This document shows, in pieces, positions 60,922 to 64,000 of a stretch of 64,000 nucleotides of DNA (positions within the stretch are counted from its first letter, which is position 1; every line of letters starts with the position of its first letter). Below the pieces are notes generated by a model, which ran no database searches, had not been told where the DNA came from, and was given only the letters and a program-made list of their open reading frames with translations. Origin of the DNA: Octopus sinensis (lineage: Eukaryota); the NCBI RefSeq assembly GCF_006345805.1, contig NC_042999.1, positions 9,796,001-9,860,000 of the forward strand. The letters run 5' to 3'. The translations under genes and the position numbers were made by a program.

Positions 60922-60974
60922 AATAGAGAGAGAGAGAGAGAGAGGAGAGAGAGATAGAGAGAAATTATAATATT

Positions 60975-61195
60975 AATAATCCTTTCTACCAAAGGCACAG
61001 GGCCTGAAATGGGAGGGGGTTACTCGAAGACAGTGACCCCAGTATTCAACTGGTACTTTATCGACCCCAAAAGGATGAAGGGCGAAGTCGATCTTGGTGG
61101 AAAACTCAGAACGTACCAAATGGTGAATTACTGCTAAGCATTTCGTCCAGCGTGCTAACGATTCTGCTAGCTCGCTGCCTTAATAAAAAGAATTA

Positions 61196-61247
<52 letters not shown>

Positions 61248-61410
61248 TCTTTCTACCAAAGGTATAATGCTTGAGATTCGTTGGGGGGGGAATAGTTGAT
61301 CACGTCGACCCCAGTGTTTCACTGGTACTTAGTTTATCGACAAAGGTAAAGTTGACCTCGGTGTTTTTTGAACTCAGACTCCGAACGTAATGGCGTACGA
61401 AATGCCGCGA
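60975..61410 (-). mobile_element. Two SINE-A copies (tail B) separated by (ATT)n
   Basis: ~60975-61182 and ~61245-61410. Confidence 0.7.
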
Positions 61411-61659
61411 AGCATGTATTTATGTATGTATATATATAGATTAATCAGCCGAAATTGCTACGATGATCCGGTTCTTGACTGAAGATTGAGGGCTTCGAAT
61501 GTCCCGTCCGTGTGTTTTGTATCGTCTTCTAAGTGTTTTGCGTTCTTGTCCCAGTTTGTATTTTTCTACATATAATAATATATATACATACACATATATA
61601 TATATTAATATATAATATATTATATATATATATTATATATATAGTATATATATATATAT

Positions 61660-61930
61660 ATAACGGGAAGCTTTATGAAAATAGACAAAAGACGAAGGCA
61701 GGTGGAAAACAAACGAACAATTGTATTAGTATGGCGCTCAGGAATATAAATAAAACAAGTCTTTAACGTTTCGAGCTACGCTCTTCAACAGAAAGATACA
61801 CAGAGAGAAAAAAAAACACAGAGAAGAAGGAGAGAAAAAAATGCGTGCAGTAGCTAACGAATCAACATGGCGATCTGATTTCGGCCAGAGGTCAAGATCA
61901 AACATGAGCGCGGAGAGCGAAATAAGATAT
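61660..61930 (-). mobile_element. Penelope-like terminal-repeat fragment
   Basis: Homologous to 19770 and 9640 copies. Confidence 0.55.
61760..61796 (-). ncRNA. Minimal hammerhead motif, variant core CUGUUGA
   Basis: Minus strand TCTTT-CTGTTGA-A-GAGC gta GCTC-GAAA-CG-TT-AAAGA. Confidence 0.55.
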
Positions 61931-61967
61931 ATGTATATATATATATATATATTATTATATATATATT

Positions 61968-62011
<44 letters not shown>

Positions 62012-62231
62012 GTGTGTGTGTGTGTGTGTATGTATATATATATAATATATATGTTATATGTGTATGTATATGTATATATGTATATATATATGTATATATA
62101 TATGTATATAATATGTATATATATATATATGTATATATAGTATATATATATATCTATAAATATATGTATGTATACATATATGTATGTATACATATATATA
62201 TGTATACATATTTATATGTATATATCTGTAT

Positions 62232-62265
<34 letters not shown>

Positions 62266-62350
62266 ATGTATATGTATATATATGTATATGTATATATATA
62301 TATATGTATATGTATATATATGTATATGTATATATATATGTATATGTATA

Positions 62351-62383
<33 letters not shown>

Positions 62384-62548
62384 CCATACATATGTATATG
62401 TATATATATATGTATATATATACATATATAAATACATACATACATATATACATATATATAATACATTATATACATACAACATATATATATAGCATATATA
62501 AATACATACATATACATATGTATATATATACGTATATGTATGTATATA

Positions 62549-62580
<32 letters not shown>

Positions 62581-62637
62581 GGATATATATACATATATAT
62601 ATATATATATGTATATGTATATATATATGTATATTAT

Positions 62638-62707
<70 letters not shown>

Positions 62708-62710
62708 AAT
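61927..62710. repeat. Long compound (TA)/(TATG) microsatellite
   Basis: Direct inspection. Confidence 0.95.
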
Positions 62711-62829
62711 ATGTGTGTGGTGGGTATGTGTGATGTATCTGCGGAACTGTCAAAAGTTGGCTCTCGTTATTGCTGTTTGGATGATGTTGTTGAAAGTTGT
62801 TGCTGTTCCTAAACGGAACGAAACTAACA

Positions 62830-63242
62830 AATCGCTCGTTCAACCAACAGTGCTACCACCGCCACTACAACAGCCATCGCTACCAATAACATCACCGTCA
62901 GCATCATCATCAGCTATACTGTCAATACCGCCACCATCGCCATACCACCGACGACGAAACCACAACACCACTTACACCACCGTCACCACTTCCACTGCCG
63001 CCAAGACTACTACCATCTACCTCTCTCTCTACCATTGTTGCCATTGGTACCACCACCATCACCATCACCGCTATTAGCATCACTGTCGCCTCCGCCAACA
63101 CCGTCTTATAATCTACAACAATAGTTACCTTCAGCAGCATCAGCAGCAGCAGCATCGCCGTCGATGTCATCATTATCGTCGAAACCGTCGTCGCTGTCAT
63201 CATCACCACCATCATCATTATTACCGTCACCACCACCACCAT

Positions 63243-63281
<39 letters not shown>

Positions 63282-63550
63282 AGTCACGACCTCATCATTA
63301 TCATTATCGCCATCATCATCATCATCATCATCATCAACAACAACATCATCATGACCTCCATCATCATCATTATCATCTTCACCATCATTTGTACCTATCA
63401 CTACCATCATCATTATTACCGTCACCACTACCATCATCATCATCATCATCCTCATCACCACCCCTATCTTCGCCATTATCCTCGACACCACCACTACCAC
63501 CATCCTCCTCCTCCTCCTCCTCATCATCATCATCATCATCATCACCGCTG
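62830..63550. repeat. Degenerate CAT/CAC/CCA trinucleotide low-complexity tract
   Basis: Direct inspection. Confidence 0.9.
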
Positions 63551-63930
63551 CAAACATCCATCGTTCTTCCTCTCCACTTTCGCTCGCCTCTTCATCTCGC
63601 TTCTCCCGAAAAACAACAAACAGACTTTTGCACGTTTTCCTTTCCCTCGCTCGGCGATGTTGCTTTTACTCCAGCCGTCCTCATTGGACAATGAAGGGGA
63701 GAGGGGGGAAAAGGAGATGGCCACGTGCCTCTTCCCGCGCAGACGCACGTTCGCCATGGCTCCGGCACGCGCCGCTTCCGCTCACCTGGCAATGCAACCG
63801 TCATGCACGGGACCAGGTCGCGTGCGCCCGAACCCCTGACAATCTGTAGTCAGCGAACGGGGTGGAGGGATTCGGTTGCCCTACTCCCTCGAGGGGTCTT
63901 ACCACCTGTGGTAGAATTTCTTACCTGTTT
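63550..63930. promoter_or_regulatory. CpG/GC-rich island, candidate promoter or first-exon region
   Basis: Unique GC-rich block in AT-rich DNA; CACGTG, reverse CCAAT, minus-strand donor-like CAG|GTGAG (~63786) and CAG|GTAAG (~63925), Kozak-like GCCATGG on both strands. Confidence 0.35.
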
Positions 63931-63957
63931 GTTTATATCTACCCTTTTTCTACTCCT

Positions 63958-64000
<43 letters not shown>

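Noticed and set aside
62014-63839. Long ORFs of 100-230 aa (poly-Y/I, poly-M, poly-H, poly-S)
   Set aside because: Stop-free only because they lie in dinucleotide and trinucleotide repeats

Overview
AT-rich, repeat-dominated eukaryotic DNA with dense (TA)n, (TG)n and (AAT)n microsatellites and one 100-N gap (33643-33742). The SINE repertoire looks cephalopod, probably Octopus (inference from recognised repeat types, not a database hit). I find no confidently supported host protein-coding gene; most short ORFs in the track are microsatellite artefacts. All recognisable protein-coding remnants are transposon-derived and broken: two RTE LINEs plus a 3' fragment, five R4/Dong-like restriction-like-endonuclease LINE pieces inside (AAT)n tracts, a Tx1/L1-clade 3' end, CR1/L2-like pieces, and a DD37E (TRT-type) Tc1-like transposase. 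Non-autonomous elements include dozens of tRNA-derived SINEs (working names A-D), Helitrons, MITEs, foldback elements and Penelope-like (PLE) terminal-repeat fragments. The most interesting signals are RNA-level and retroposition-mechanism ones. (1) About ten minimal type-I hammerhead ribozyme motifs, including a 352-bp tandem-plus-inverted retrozyme-like unit (46800-47546) and three motifs lacking core A6. (2) SINE tails that match LINE 3' ends in this same window (SINE-A/Tx1-like; SINE-B/CR1-L2-like). (3) SINE-A arrays that restart at one fixed internal site. (4) A ~555-bp ORF-less, non-tRNA element always found inside (AAT)n. (5) An RTE-derived non-autonomous element with a candidate 5' ribozyme. 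Coordinates were read by eye; degenerate-element boundaries are approximate.
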